Source: Spirochaetia bacterium
GTDB lineage: Bacteria > Spirochaetota > Spirochaetia > CADAEX01
DNA: 64,000 nucleotides
Direction: 5' to 3'
NCBI GenBank assembly: GCA_017446885.1
Contig: JAFSOR010000009.1
Span: forward strand, 102,159-166,158
The notes beneath the pieces are model-generated. The model ran no database searches, was not told where the DNA came from, and was given only the letters and a program-made list of their open reading frames with translations. The translations under genes and the position numbers were made by a program. This document shows positions 56,321 through 64,000 of the stretch, one piece after another. Position 1 is the stretch's first letter; the number at the start of each line of letters is the position of its first letter.

Positions 56321-58119
56321 ACTGTCCGCTCTAAAAGCTGGTAAAGCTTATCCTTGGTCAGCTTCCAGTAGAGCGGCCTGCCGTGAGGACAGCGCGGCAT
56401 AGGCATTGCAAATACTTTCTTTATCAAGTCTATTGCCTTGTCGTAGTCTATGGCGTCTCCAGCTTTCAGAGCTTTTTTGCAGGCGGCCCTGGCATAAAGC
56501 TCTGTCTTTATGTTCTCAAAGTCCCCTGTCTGGGTAACCAGCAGGTTAAGCACATCATTTTTAAGCTCAAAGAATGATGATGGCATGGCATCGATATATA
56601 GCTGGCCTGTCTCATCTTTTTTAATTATTACCCCAATCTCTGCATACTTTGGAATCTCTTTCTCGATAAGCTCTGCCACCTGGCTTTCACACTCGATATT
56701 ATAAGGGATAAGAAGCTGATGAACCTCTGGCTTCTGGCTTAAGAACAGGTCAAAGTAGAACCGCTCCTGACTTGCGTGCTGGTCTATGATGTACAGGGAG
56801 TCATCCCGCTCGCACAGAAGGAAGCTGTCAAAAATCTGCCCCAGGTAGCGGAAATCTCCATGGTACTCTGGGCTTGGCTGGAAGCTGACCACATCGGGCT
56901 TGTCCTTGAGCAGGTTTGAGAAACTGCGGCTTGCCGGTGCTGAGGATTGGGAAGAAGGGGCAGAGGCAGGGGAGAAGGTCATCTGAGTCTTCTCAGGTCC
57001 GAAGAGGGTCTTGTTCACCGGCTCGGATGGCCGGTATGACGGTATGATTTCTGCCGGTTTCTGGATGCCTGTGTCGATATCCTCATCCTTGGGATAAAGG
57101 GCATCTGAACTTCCTGCTGGCTTCTGCAGCTGGCCCATGTGCTGCTTTAGAGCTTCCACCACAGTTCGGTGGATCATTGGCAGGTTGTTAATCTTGACCT
57201 CACGCTTGGCAGGATGGATATTGAAGTCCACCAGTGAGGGATCTATCTGTATGAAAAGGAAGGCGGCTGGGTAGGTTCCCCCTGGGAAATAGGCTGAAAG
57301 GCCGTAGCACACAGCCTGCACCAGGGCAAACTCCTGGATTGGCCTTGAGTTCACGTAAATATGGATGTCCCGGCGGTCCCGGCGGACAACCTCCACCCCT
57401 GGGAACAGAATGGTGACAGAATAGCCCTCGCACTTGGCCTCCACCTGATGATAGAGCTTCTCGGGGGCCAGGGAGGGGTATGCATCGGCAATCCTCTTCT
57501 TAAGGCTTCCTGCCGGAAGGAATGATGTGAGCTTGCCATCCAGGAACAGCTTGAATGTTATGTCAGGGAAAGCCAGGGCCTTCTCGTAGAACACAGTGCG
57601 GCAGCTGGAAGTCTCGGCAGCAGGGCTTTTAAGGAACTTACGCCGGGCAGGGAGGTAGCAGAACAGTTCCCTTACACTTACCACAGTCCCTTTGTTTGCC
57701 TTCACAGCCCCCAAGTCGGTGACCTTGCCTCCGTCTATGGAGATGCCGTAGCCTATCTCGCCGGTCTCTGATGTTGTTATCTCTACCTTGGCCGATGCCG
57801 CTATGCTTGCAAGAGCCTCCCCCCGGAAGCCCATGGTCATTATGTTGAAAAGGTCATCTGCCGAAGAAAGCTTTGAGGTGGAATGAGGAAGAAAACAGAT
57901 ATCCAGGTCTTCTTTGGACATTCCGCATCCGTTGTCTATGACACGGATCTCCTTGATTCCGCCACCTGTAAGGTATACTGCAATCTCGGTGGCTCCAGCA
58001 TCAATGGCATTGTCCAGAAGCTCCCTCACCACACTTGATGTGCGGTCTATAACCTCGCCGGCAGCAATCTTGGATGCTGTGACCTTGTCTAATACATGGA
58101 TTTTTCTCTCTTGGCTCAT
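56317..58119 (-). CDS. mutL: DNA mismatch repair protein MutL
   Basis: GHKL ATPase N-terminus (ELLDNAIDAGA, DNGCGM); 600 aa. Confidence 0.9.
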   Translation of the reverse strand: MSQERKIHVLDKVTASKIAAGEVIDRTSSVVRELLDNAIDAGATEIAVYLTGGGIKEIRVIDNGCGMSKEDLDICFLPHSTSKLSSADDLFNIMTMGFRGEALASIAASAKVEITTSETGEIGYGISIDGGKVTDLGAVKANKGTVVSVRELFCYLPARRKFLKSPAAETSSCRTVFYEKALAFPDITFKLFLDGKLTSFLPAGSLKKRIADAYPSLAPEKLYHQVEAKCEGYSVTILFPGVEVVRRDRRDIHIYVNSRPIQEFALVQAVCYGLSAYFPGGTYPAAFLFIQIDPSLVDFNIHPAKREVKINNLPMIHRTVVEALKQHMGQLQKPAGSSDALYPKDEDIDTGIQKPAEIIPSYRPSEPVNKTLFGPEKTQMTFSPASAPSSQSSAPASRSFSNLLKDKPDVVSFQPSPEYHGDFRYLGQIFDSFLLCERDDSLYIIDQHASQERFYFDLFLSQKPEVHQLLIPYNIECESQVAELIEKEIPKYAEIGVIIKKDETGQLYIDAMPSSFFELKNDVLNLLVTQTGDFENIKTELYARAACKKALKAGDAIDYDKAIDLIKKVFAMPMPRCPHGRPLYWKLTKDKLYQLLERTV

Positions 58120-58202
58120 ATTTACAGTTTACCCGATACTGGACAAATTTCAAGCCTTCACTATATATTTAATTATGATGTGTGTTAAAACAAGGAGATG
58201 AT

Positions 58203-59405
58203 ATGAGTTTGAATGACACTCCAAGCGGTGAAAGGCTCCATATAGCACTTTTCGGCAGAAGAAATGCCGGAAAATCCAGCCTTATAAATGCAATTACAGG
58301 GCAGGATCTTGCAGTGGTGTCCGATATAAAAGGAACAACAACCGACCCTGTATCCAAAGCTATGGAACTGCTTCCATTAGGCCCAGTGGTCATGATAGAC
58401 ACCCCGGGACTGGACGATTCCGGCACATTGGGAGACCTGCGGGTCAAGAAGGCATATCAGGTGCTTAACAAGAGCGACATTGCCCTTTTGGTGGTCGATT
58501 CGGCCGAAGGCTTCAAGAACGAGGATCAGCTGATTCTGGACAGGATAAAGGCCAAGAACATTCCATATATCATTGTCTACAACAAGTGTGACCTGATTCC
58601 AGAACCAGGGAAATCCGATGACCATACCATCTATGTAAGCAGCACCGCAAAGACTAATATAAATGAGCTTAAGGAGCTGATTGCCCATTCTGTAAAGCCT
58701 GAAGGCGAGATAAAGAGAGTTGTTGGCGACCTTATAAAAGAGGATGACATAATAGTCCTGGTTGTTCCTATAGACAAGGCTGCACCTAAAGGGCGACTTA
58801 TCCTGCCTCAGCAGCAGACTATACGGGATATTCTGGATTCCCAGGCTACCGCAGTAGTATGCCAGAACACAACTTTGGAGAAAACACTTAAGAATCTGGG
58901 CAAGAAACCTGTAATGGTCATAACCGACAGCCAGGTGTTCGACCAGGTCTCAAAGATTGTTCCTGCCGATATTCCCCTGACATCATTCTCTATCCTTTTT
59001 GCACGGTACAAGGGCAATCTGGCACTTGCAGTACAGGGGGTGGCAAGCCTTAAAAACCTTAAGGATGGCGACACAGTGCTTATTGCCGAAGGCTGCACCC
59101 ACCACAGGCAGTGCAACGACATAGGAAGCGTAAAAATTCCAAACTGGATACTCAAGAACACAGGAAAGAAGATTAATTTCGAGTTTTCAAGCGGCACCGA
59201 GTTCCCGGCAGAGCTTTCAAAGTATGCTCTGGTGGTGCACTGCGGAGGATGCATGCTTAACGAACGGGAGATGAAGTTCCGCCTGCGCTGTGCCCAGGAC
59301 GAAGGGGTTCCAATTACCAACTACGGCATACTTATTGCCTATGTTACAGGTATTCTTAAGCGGAGTGTTGCCCTTTTCCCCGATATTGCCGCTCTATTGG
59401 ACTGA
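58203..59405 (+). CDS. hydF: [FeFe]-hydrogenase maturation GTPase HydF
   Basis: GTPase G1 GRRNAGKSS, G3 DTPG, NKCD; C-terminal CxH...HCxxC cluster-binding region; start at the ATG at 58203 after AAGGAG. Confidence 0.85.
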   Translation: MSLNDTPSGERLHIALFGRRNAGKSSLINAITGQDLAVVSDIKGTTTDPVSKAMELLPLGPVVMIDTPGLDDSGTLGDLRVKKAYQVLNKSDIALLVVDSAEGFKNEDQLILDRIKAKNIPYIIVYNKCDLIPEPGKSDDHTIYVSSTAKTNINELKELIAHSVKPEGEIKRVVGDLIKEDDIIVLVVPIDKAAPKGRLILPQQQTIRDILDSQATAVVCQNTTLEKTLKNLGKKPVMVITDSQVFDQVSKIVPADIPLTSFSILFARYKGNLALAVQGVASLKNLKDGDTVLIAEGCTHHRQCNDIGSVKIPNWILKNTGKKINFEFSSGTEFPAELSKYALVVHCGGCMLNEREMKFRLRCAQDEGVPITNYGILIAYVTGILKRSVALFPDIAALLD

Positions 59406-59415
59406 CAGACCGCAT

Positions 59416-61215
59416 TCAGTAGCAGTTTTCTTTAATTATAGCCTCAGGGTAGTAGTGCTTAAGTATATCCTTGAAGCCTATACCTGATACAGCCATGCCG
59501 GCAGCACCGGTCTGGTCAAGGCCTACACCGTGTCCCCAGCCGCCCCCTATAAAAAGGAACTTGTCGGGCAGGCCGTTACGTGCCAGCTGATATTCGCACA
59601 CAAACATGGCGCTTTTAAGTCCGCCCAGCCTGGTCCTCATATCCCGGCTTCCGATAACGATTACACCCAGTGTCCCCTGGACTGTGAGGCTGGTGACACG
59701 TCCGCTTATGTCCCGGCTGTTGACAGTTATCCCTTTTATGTAGCCTATAGTGTGGCCAGGATCCACAATATCCTCAAGCTCCTCCCTGGAATACTGGACA
59801 GCCCATCTGTACGATGGATACGATGCGTATGGAGACACATAGCAGTACATAGGGGGCGGGCTCTTTATGAACTTGGCCATCTGGGCAGAGCTGGGGGCAC
59901 TTTTGTTAGCCTTTATCTTCTTATCGGGAACTGCTGAAAGGAAACCCTGGTTCTGGCTTCCCCAGGCGGTGGCGGGGGATGATGAATATCCCCCGCTATT
60001 GGTGCAGAAAAGTGCATCAATAGGGCTGCCCAGAGGAGTAAACAGGGCTATGCCGAAAGTCTCTGCCACAGCTGCGGTGGTCTGAGGTTTTTCACGGTTA
60101 TAGCCGCGGTAGGCAGTATTTTTGCCCACATAGACATCGTATTCTGCTTTGGCCGAGATCTGCATCCTAAGGAGTATGTAGCTCCGGGCAGCCACCGCCT
60201 GGGCTTTGAGCGATTCGATATGCCAGGTGTCAAACATCTCGGATGGAACTACACCGTAAAGGTATTCCTCAAGGTCTATATGGTTTATAAGCATTAAAGA
60301 GCGGTCTTTTATTAGTACTTCTATATCGCCACGGAATTCGCTTCCTTCGGGAATATTGCTTTTGACACTTGGTTTGGTCCTGATTCCTATAAATTTGATT
60401 GTCCCATCTGTATTCGAAAACCTGTAGGAAGAACTTGCACCTTTTATAAGCTTATTTTTATTATATACTAAAATTGTACCTTTTTCATAGTTTACATTAA
60501 AAATATCATTAGTTTTGCTGGTTGTAATTGAAAAGGAAGAAATGCCTTCTGCAAGACAGGCTCTGACAATTCTGCCCGATTTCTTAACCTTAAAGTCAGC
60601 AGGAAGTGTTTTTAAAGGCTTTACAGGAGGTGGCATAAAACTCTTTTCGCCACGGGCCATAGTTGAATACATTCCTCTTTTTACCTTTTCAGCTTCTTCT
60701 TTCTTTCCTAGAATCTCCTTTACTCTTGCCAATGCTGGAAGTGCAGAAGAGAAAGTGCGTTCTGTTGCCAGTGCCAGGTCGTAATAGATTTCAGCTTTCA
60801 AAAAGTCATCTTTCAGCTCTGCACAGCATCCTGCCTGGTAGTAGCTTGCTGCGGCAAACATGTTGTCGCCCTGATAGCTGGTATAAAAATCAATTGCCTT
60901 GGTAAGGTTTCCCATCTCCTCGTAGTAACGGCCAATATAGTAGTTCAGCTCGGCATCGGGTTCATTGAATGGTAAAAGACGTTCGGCATACCGTGTGTTG
61001 CCAGATTTGACCGCAGCAATGAATGCAAGACGCTTGAATGCAGGGTTTTTATCTTTGAGTGAGTTTGCCAGGTTCAATGCTTTCTGGGGCTGCCCGCTCT
61101 GGAAATACTCCTGAACAGTCATCTCTGCCTCTTCTGCAGTCATTCCGAAGAGAACAGTCTGAGCAAAAAGGGCAAATACAAGCATTAATAGGGCTTTTTT
61201 CATCAGCACTCCCAT
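59416..61215 (-). CDS. SpoIID/LytB-domain protein with N-terminal TPR-like region
   Basis: signal peptide; C-terminal SpoIID-type motifs (FCTNSGGYSSS, GHGVGL). Confidence 0.7.
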   Translation of the reverse strand: MGVLMKKALLMLVFALFAQTVLFGMTAEEAEMTVQEYFQSGQPQKALNLANSLKDKNPAFKRLAFIAAVKSGNTRYAERLLPFNEPDAELNYYIGRYYEEMGNLTKAIDFYTSYQGDNMFAAASYYQAGCCAELKDDFLKAEIYYDLALATERTFSSALPALARVKEILGKKEEAEKVKRGMYSTMARGEKSFMPPPVKPLKTLPADFKVKKSGRIVRACLAEGISSFSITTSKTNDIFNVNYEKGTILVYNKNKLIKGASSSYRFSNTDGTIKFIGIRTKPSVKSNIPEGSEFRGDIEVLIKDRSLMLINHIDLEEYLYGVVPSEMFDTWHIESLKAQAVAARSYILLRMQISAKAEYDVYVGKNTAYRGYNREKPQTTAAVAETFGIALFTPLGSPIDALFCTNSGGYSSSPATAWGSQNQGFLSAVPDKKIKANKSAPSSAQMAKFIKSPPPMYCYVSPYASYPSYRWAVQYSREELEDIVDPGHTIGYIKGITVNSRDISGRVTSLTVQGTLGVIVIGSRDMRTRLGGLKSAMFVCEYQLARNGLPDKFLFIGGGWGHGVGLDQTGAAGMAVSGIGFKDILKHYYPEAIIKENCY

Positions 61216-61946
61216 TTGCCCTGGTCTATCTTGCTTTTAATTCCTGCGACTTTGGTGAAAATCTTGTCAAGCTTGTCGGCCTCTTCCCTGCACATCATAG
61301 CTCTGGAGAAAATATCGCGGAAAAACCTCTGCATCTCCTCGGAGCCGTCTATCTTGAAGAATCCTATGCTCCTGAAGTTCTCTATCAGGTGGCTGCATAT
61401 CTGGTCCATATGGTCAGATGACAGCGGGGTAAAGGTGCGTTTGGGCATTCTTTCAAGGCTGGAACGGAAAAGGTGGTAGCACATTATCTGCACAGCGTGT
61501 GAAAGGTTAAGGGAAGGAAAGTCGTCGGATGTCGGTATAGAAACTACAGCGTTGCACTCGGCAAGTTCATCGTCGGTAAGGCCGTGCTCCTCGTTTCCGA
61601 ACACTATGGCTGCTGTGCCGTCTGTCATCTGGCAGAGAGTGTCGCACATCTCTTCGGGCAGGAATGTCCTGTATTTGCGTTTTCTCCCGGCCCGGCGGCT
61701 GGTTCCCACCGAAAGTGCAGTTCCGGCAAGGGCTTCCTTAAGGTTAGGAAAGAACTGGGCGTTCTGGTAGATATCGAAGGCGTGGACAGAGCGGACCTCT
61801 ATGATATGCTCATCGTATTCCTGAGGATCTGCAATTATAAGCTGATGTATGCCCATGGTCTTCATGCTGCGGCACACTGCACCTATGTTTCCACTGTCGT
61901 CAGGGTGCACCAGCACTATCTTTGTCCTTTCCTTTATATCGCTCAT
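61203..61946 (-). CDS. trmJ: SpoU-family tRNA 2'-O-methyltransferase (TrmJ-like)
   Basis: N-terminal IVLVHPDDSGNIGAVCRSMKTMG; 247 aa. Confidence 0.75.
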   Translation of the reverse strand: MSDIKERTKIVLVHPDDSGNIGAVCRSMKTMGIHQLIIADPQEYDEHIIEVRSVHAFDIYQNAQFFPNLKEALAGTALSVGTSRRAGRKRKYRTFLPEEMCDTLCQMTDGTAAIVFGNEEHGLTDDELAECNAVVSIPTSDDFPSLNLSHAVQIMCYHLFRSSLERMPKRTFTPLSSDHMDQICSHLIENFRSIGFFKIDGSEEMQRFFRDIFSRAMMCREEADKLDKIFTKVAGIKSKIDQGKWEC

Positions 61947-62040
61947 ATTAAGAAAAGTATACTAAATCGGTGGTTTTAGCAATGAGTTGCCACCCTTGAC
62001 AGACTAAAATATAATAAATATAAATAATTAAGGATTTATT

Positions 62041-62985
62041 TTGCAAAATAAATATATTTGTGTCCTGGACGACACCGATTTAATTCCAGAACTATGCGGT
62101 TATGGCGACCGCAATCTCAAAGCTATAGAGGAAAAACTGCAGGTGCCGGTCTATTGCCGTGGCAACGAGATACTGCTTGAATCCGATGACAAGGCTAAGC
62201 AGGAGCTTTTCAGCCGGGTGATATCTCAGATGCGCAGCTATGCTCAGAAGGGTGTTTCCCCAGACCAGGACATGATTATAACTCTGTTCAACGAAGCGGA
62301 ATCGGGTTCTGCTGACTCAAAAAAAGACTATTCCATTACAATTCCAGGCTCAAGCCGCCGTGTTTTCCCGCGGAACAAGAACCAGATGAGGCTTCTTGAG
62401 CTTTTTGATACCAAAGACCTTGTGTTTGCCATAGGGCCGGCCGGAACTGGAAAGACTTACTTGGCGGTAGCCAAGGCGCTGTGCGAGATTATGCAGAAGA
62501 AGTACCGAAAGCTGGTAATAACCCGGCCGGTGGTAGAGGCGGGCGAGAGCCTTGGGTTCCTGCCCGGCGACCTGGCCCAGAAAATAAGCCCGTATTTGCG
62601 CCCTTTGTACGATGCCATGGAAAGCCTCCTTTCATTCGAGGCTGTGACAAAGCTGGAGGAGACCGGTGTAATAGAGGTTGCACCTTTGGCATATATGCGG
62701 GGCCGGAGCCTGTCTGACTGCTACATTATCCTTGACGAGGCTCAGAACACGACACGGGAACAGATGAAGATGTTCCTTACACGGATAGGGGAGCATTCCA
62801 GGGCTATTGTGACCGGCGATGTTACCCAGATAGACCTGCCTAATAAATCGGCTTCCGGCTTGGTGGAGGCTTCAAAGATACTTAAAGACATAGATGACAT
62901 CGGTTTTTTGGAATTTTCTCCCGGTGACATCGTGCGAAACCGTCTTGTAAAGAAAATTATAGATGCGTATGAAAAAAATAAATGA
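62041..62985 (+). CDS. phoH: PhoH-family ATPase
   Basis: Walker A GPAGTGKTYLAV; 314 aa. Confidence 0.9.
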   Translation: MQNKYICVLDDTDLIPELCGYGDRNLKAIEEKLQVPVYCRGNEILLESDDKAKQELFSRVISQMRSYAQKGVSPDQDMIITLFNEAESGSADSKKDYSITIPGSSRRVFPRNKNQMRLLELFDTKDLVFAIGPAGTGKTYLAVAKALCEIMQKKYRKLVITRPVVEAGESLGFLPGDLAQKISPYLRPLYDAMESLLSFEAVTKLEETGVIEVAPLAYMRGRSLSDCYIILDEAQNTTREQMKMFLTRIGEHSRAIVTGDVTQIDLPNKSASGLVEASKILKDIDDIGFLEFSPGDIVRNRLVKKIIDAYEKNK

Positions 62986-64000
62986 ACTGCTGCGGTACAT
63001 AAAGAACCAGAAGCATAAGGTTTTAAAGATTGCGCTTCTTATCTCTTTTATCCTTGACCTGCTTTTCATAGTTCTTTTAAGCCGTATGGAGAATTTCTCG
63101 GACCAGGCAAACCAGATTCAGGCCGGAATGGTGGCCGAGAAAGACATTGTGGCAGACAAGGACATCCAGTACATAGACAGCAATGCCATGTCAAAACTCA
63201 AGTACGAGGCAGAGAAGAAGATTCTTCCAATATTCAAGGTAGACTCAAGCATCACAGCCAATGTCACTTCAGCCTTCGATGAGTTCAGCACCACGCTTCA
63301 GAATTACTTTGCCGAGAACCTGGATTATGATGCTTTTGCCGCTTTAAGCGAGAAACTCAAGGGCGACGGATACTCCATAAGCACCGACTTTTTGTACGGT
63401 ATGGGCAAAAGCCCAGCTGCAAGCCAGATACTTGAGACAAGCCGCAAGGCTCTTGAGGATCTTATGACTTTAGGCGTCATGGACAATACTGCGGCAGGGT
63501 ACGACAAGAACCAGGTTGCCGAGGTGTGGAGATGGAGAGAGAATCTGCGTGAGAAAGAGGATATCGCCCTTACCGACCTGATGACCAAGTCCAGGATTCC
63601 AGACTTTATCAAAAGCAGGTACAGCTCGCTCCTGGACAAGAACGACATGCAGACTGTGGTGCTTTTTGTCCAGCAGTTTGCCAAGGAAAACCTTTTCTTC
63701 GACTATAACGAGACAAATAAAAAGAAAGAGACCCTGCTTGCCAACCTTGAGCCTGTATACAAGACACTTATGCAGGGTGATGTGATAGTGAAGAAGGGCT
63801 TTATAATCTCCGACACCGACATGGAGAAGATAGATGCACTCAAGCAGAATTCTTCCAAGATGGACCTGGGCGGGGTTATTGGAACTATTATATTCCTTTT
63901 AGGACTTTTCCTATTGGGAATGGAAATTGTCCCATACAGCATGCCGCATAACGAGGCCCGAAAGAACAGCTATACACTATTCTTCCTTATCCTGATAGAG
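62969..64000 (+). CDS. 7TM-receptor-HD (HDIG) phosphohydrolase, N-terminal part (continues beyond the window)
   Basis: overlaps the phoH stop; N-terminal TM then extracellular-type region; conserved PhoH-HD gene pair. Confidence 0.55.
   Translation, partial: MKKINELLRYIKNQKHKVLKIALLISFILDLLFIVLLSRMENFSDQANQIQAGMVAEKDIVADKDIQYIDSNAMSKLKYEAEKKILPIFKVDSSITANVTSAFDEFSTTLQNYFAENLDYDAFAALSEKLKGDGYSISTDFLYGMGKSPAASQILETSRKALEDLMTLGVMDNTAAGYDKNQVAEVWRWRENLREKEDIALTDLMTKSRIPDFIKSRYSSLLDKNDMQTVVLFVQQFAKENLFFDYNETNKKKETLLANLEPVYKTLMQGDVIVKKGFIISDTDMEKIDALKQNSSKMDLGGVIGTIIFLLGLFLLGMEIVPYSMPHNEARKNSYTLFFLILIE

Noticed and set aside
62481-62717. Pro/Gly/Arg-rich ORFs on both strands inside phoH
   Set aside because: Out-of-frame shadows of the GC-richer phoH coding region.

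Overview
This 64 kb window looks like a chromosomal segment of a spirochete, most likely a Treponema-like organism. Points in favour: a TatT-type TPR lipoprotein next to a TRAP transporter, groEL without an adjacent groES, a fused PyrB-PyrI, an LrrA/BspA-type leucine-rich-repeat lipoprotein, and [FeFe]-hydrogenase maturase HydF. GC content is roughly 45 percent, estimated by eye. Most of the window is densely packed housekeeping genes on both strands: hcp-frdX/hcpR, htrA, argH, recG, dnaE, manA, TRAP transporter, murG, holB, two two-component systems, groEL, mnmA, birA, rlmN, hisB, mutL, hydF and phoH. One tRNA-Met(CAU) lies at 46823..46895 and is followed by an LRR lipoprotein gene interrupted by an in-frame TGA. 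The most unusual locus is 53.2-54.8 kb: a tandem array of five related small genes whose products carry a Nif11-like leader ending in a double-glycine motif, followed by short Cys-containing cores. The first copy is fused at its C-terminus to a roughly 142-aa Hint (hedgehog/intein-like) autoprocessing domain, which I have not seen described for leader-peptide/bacteriocin-type precursors. The second and third copies are intact short precursors, the fourth has an in-frame TAG, and the fifth is a start-less truncated remnant. No C39-peptidase ABC exporter or classical RiPP tailoring enzyme is visible in the window. Other notable items: a likely preQ1-I riboswitch upstream of a YhhQ-family queuosine-precursor transporter co-transcribed with a TrmR-like O-methyltransferase; a RadC-like JAB/JAMM domain fused to a DinG-family Fe-S helicase; a NusG paralog heading a divergent three-subunit molybdenum-hydroxylase-like operon; a STAS-APH-kinase fusion co-oriented with mutL; and a 21-bp direct-repeat pair upstream of groEL. 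All functional calls rest on motif recognition by eye, with no database searches run.
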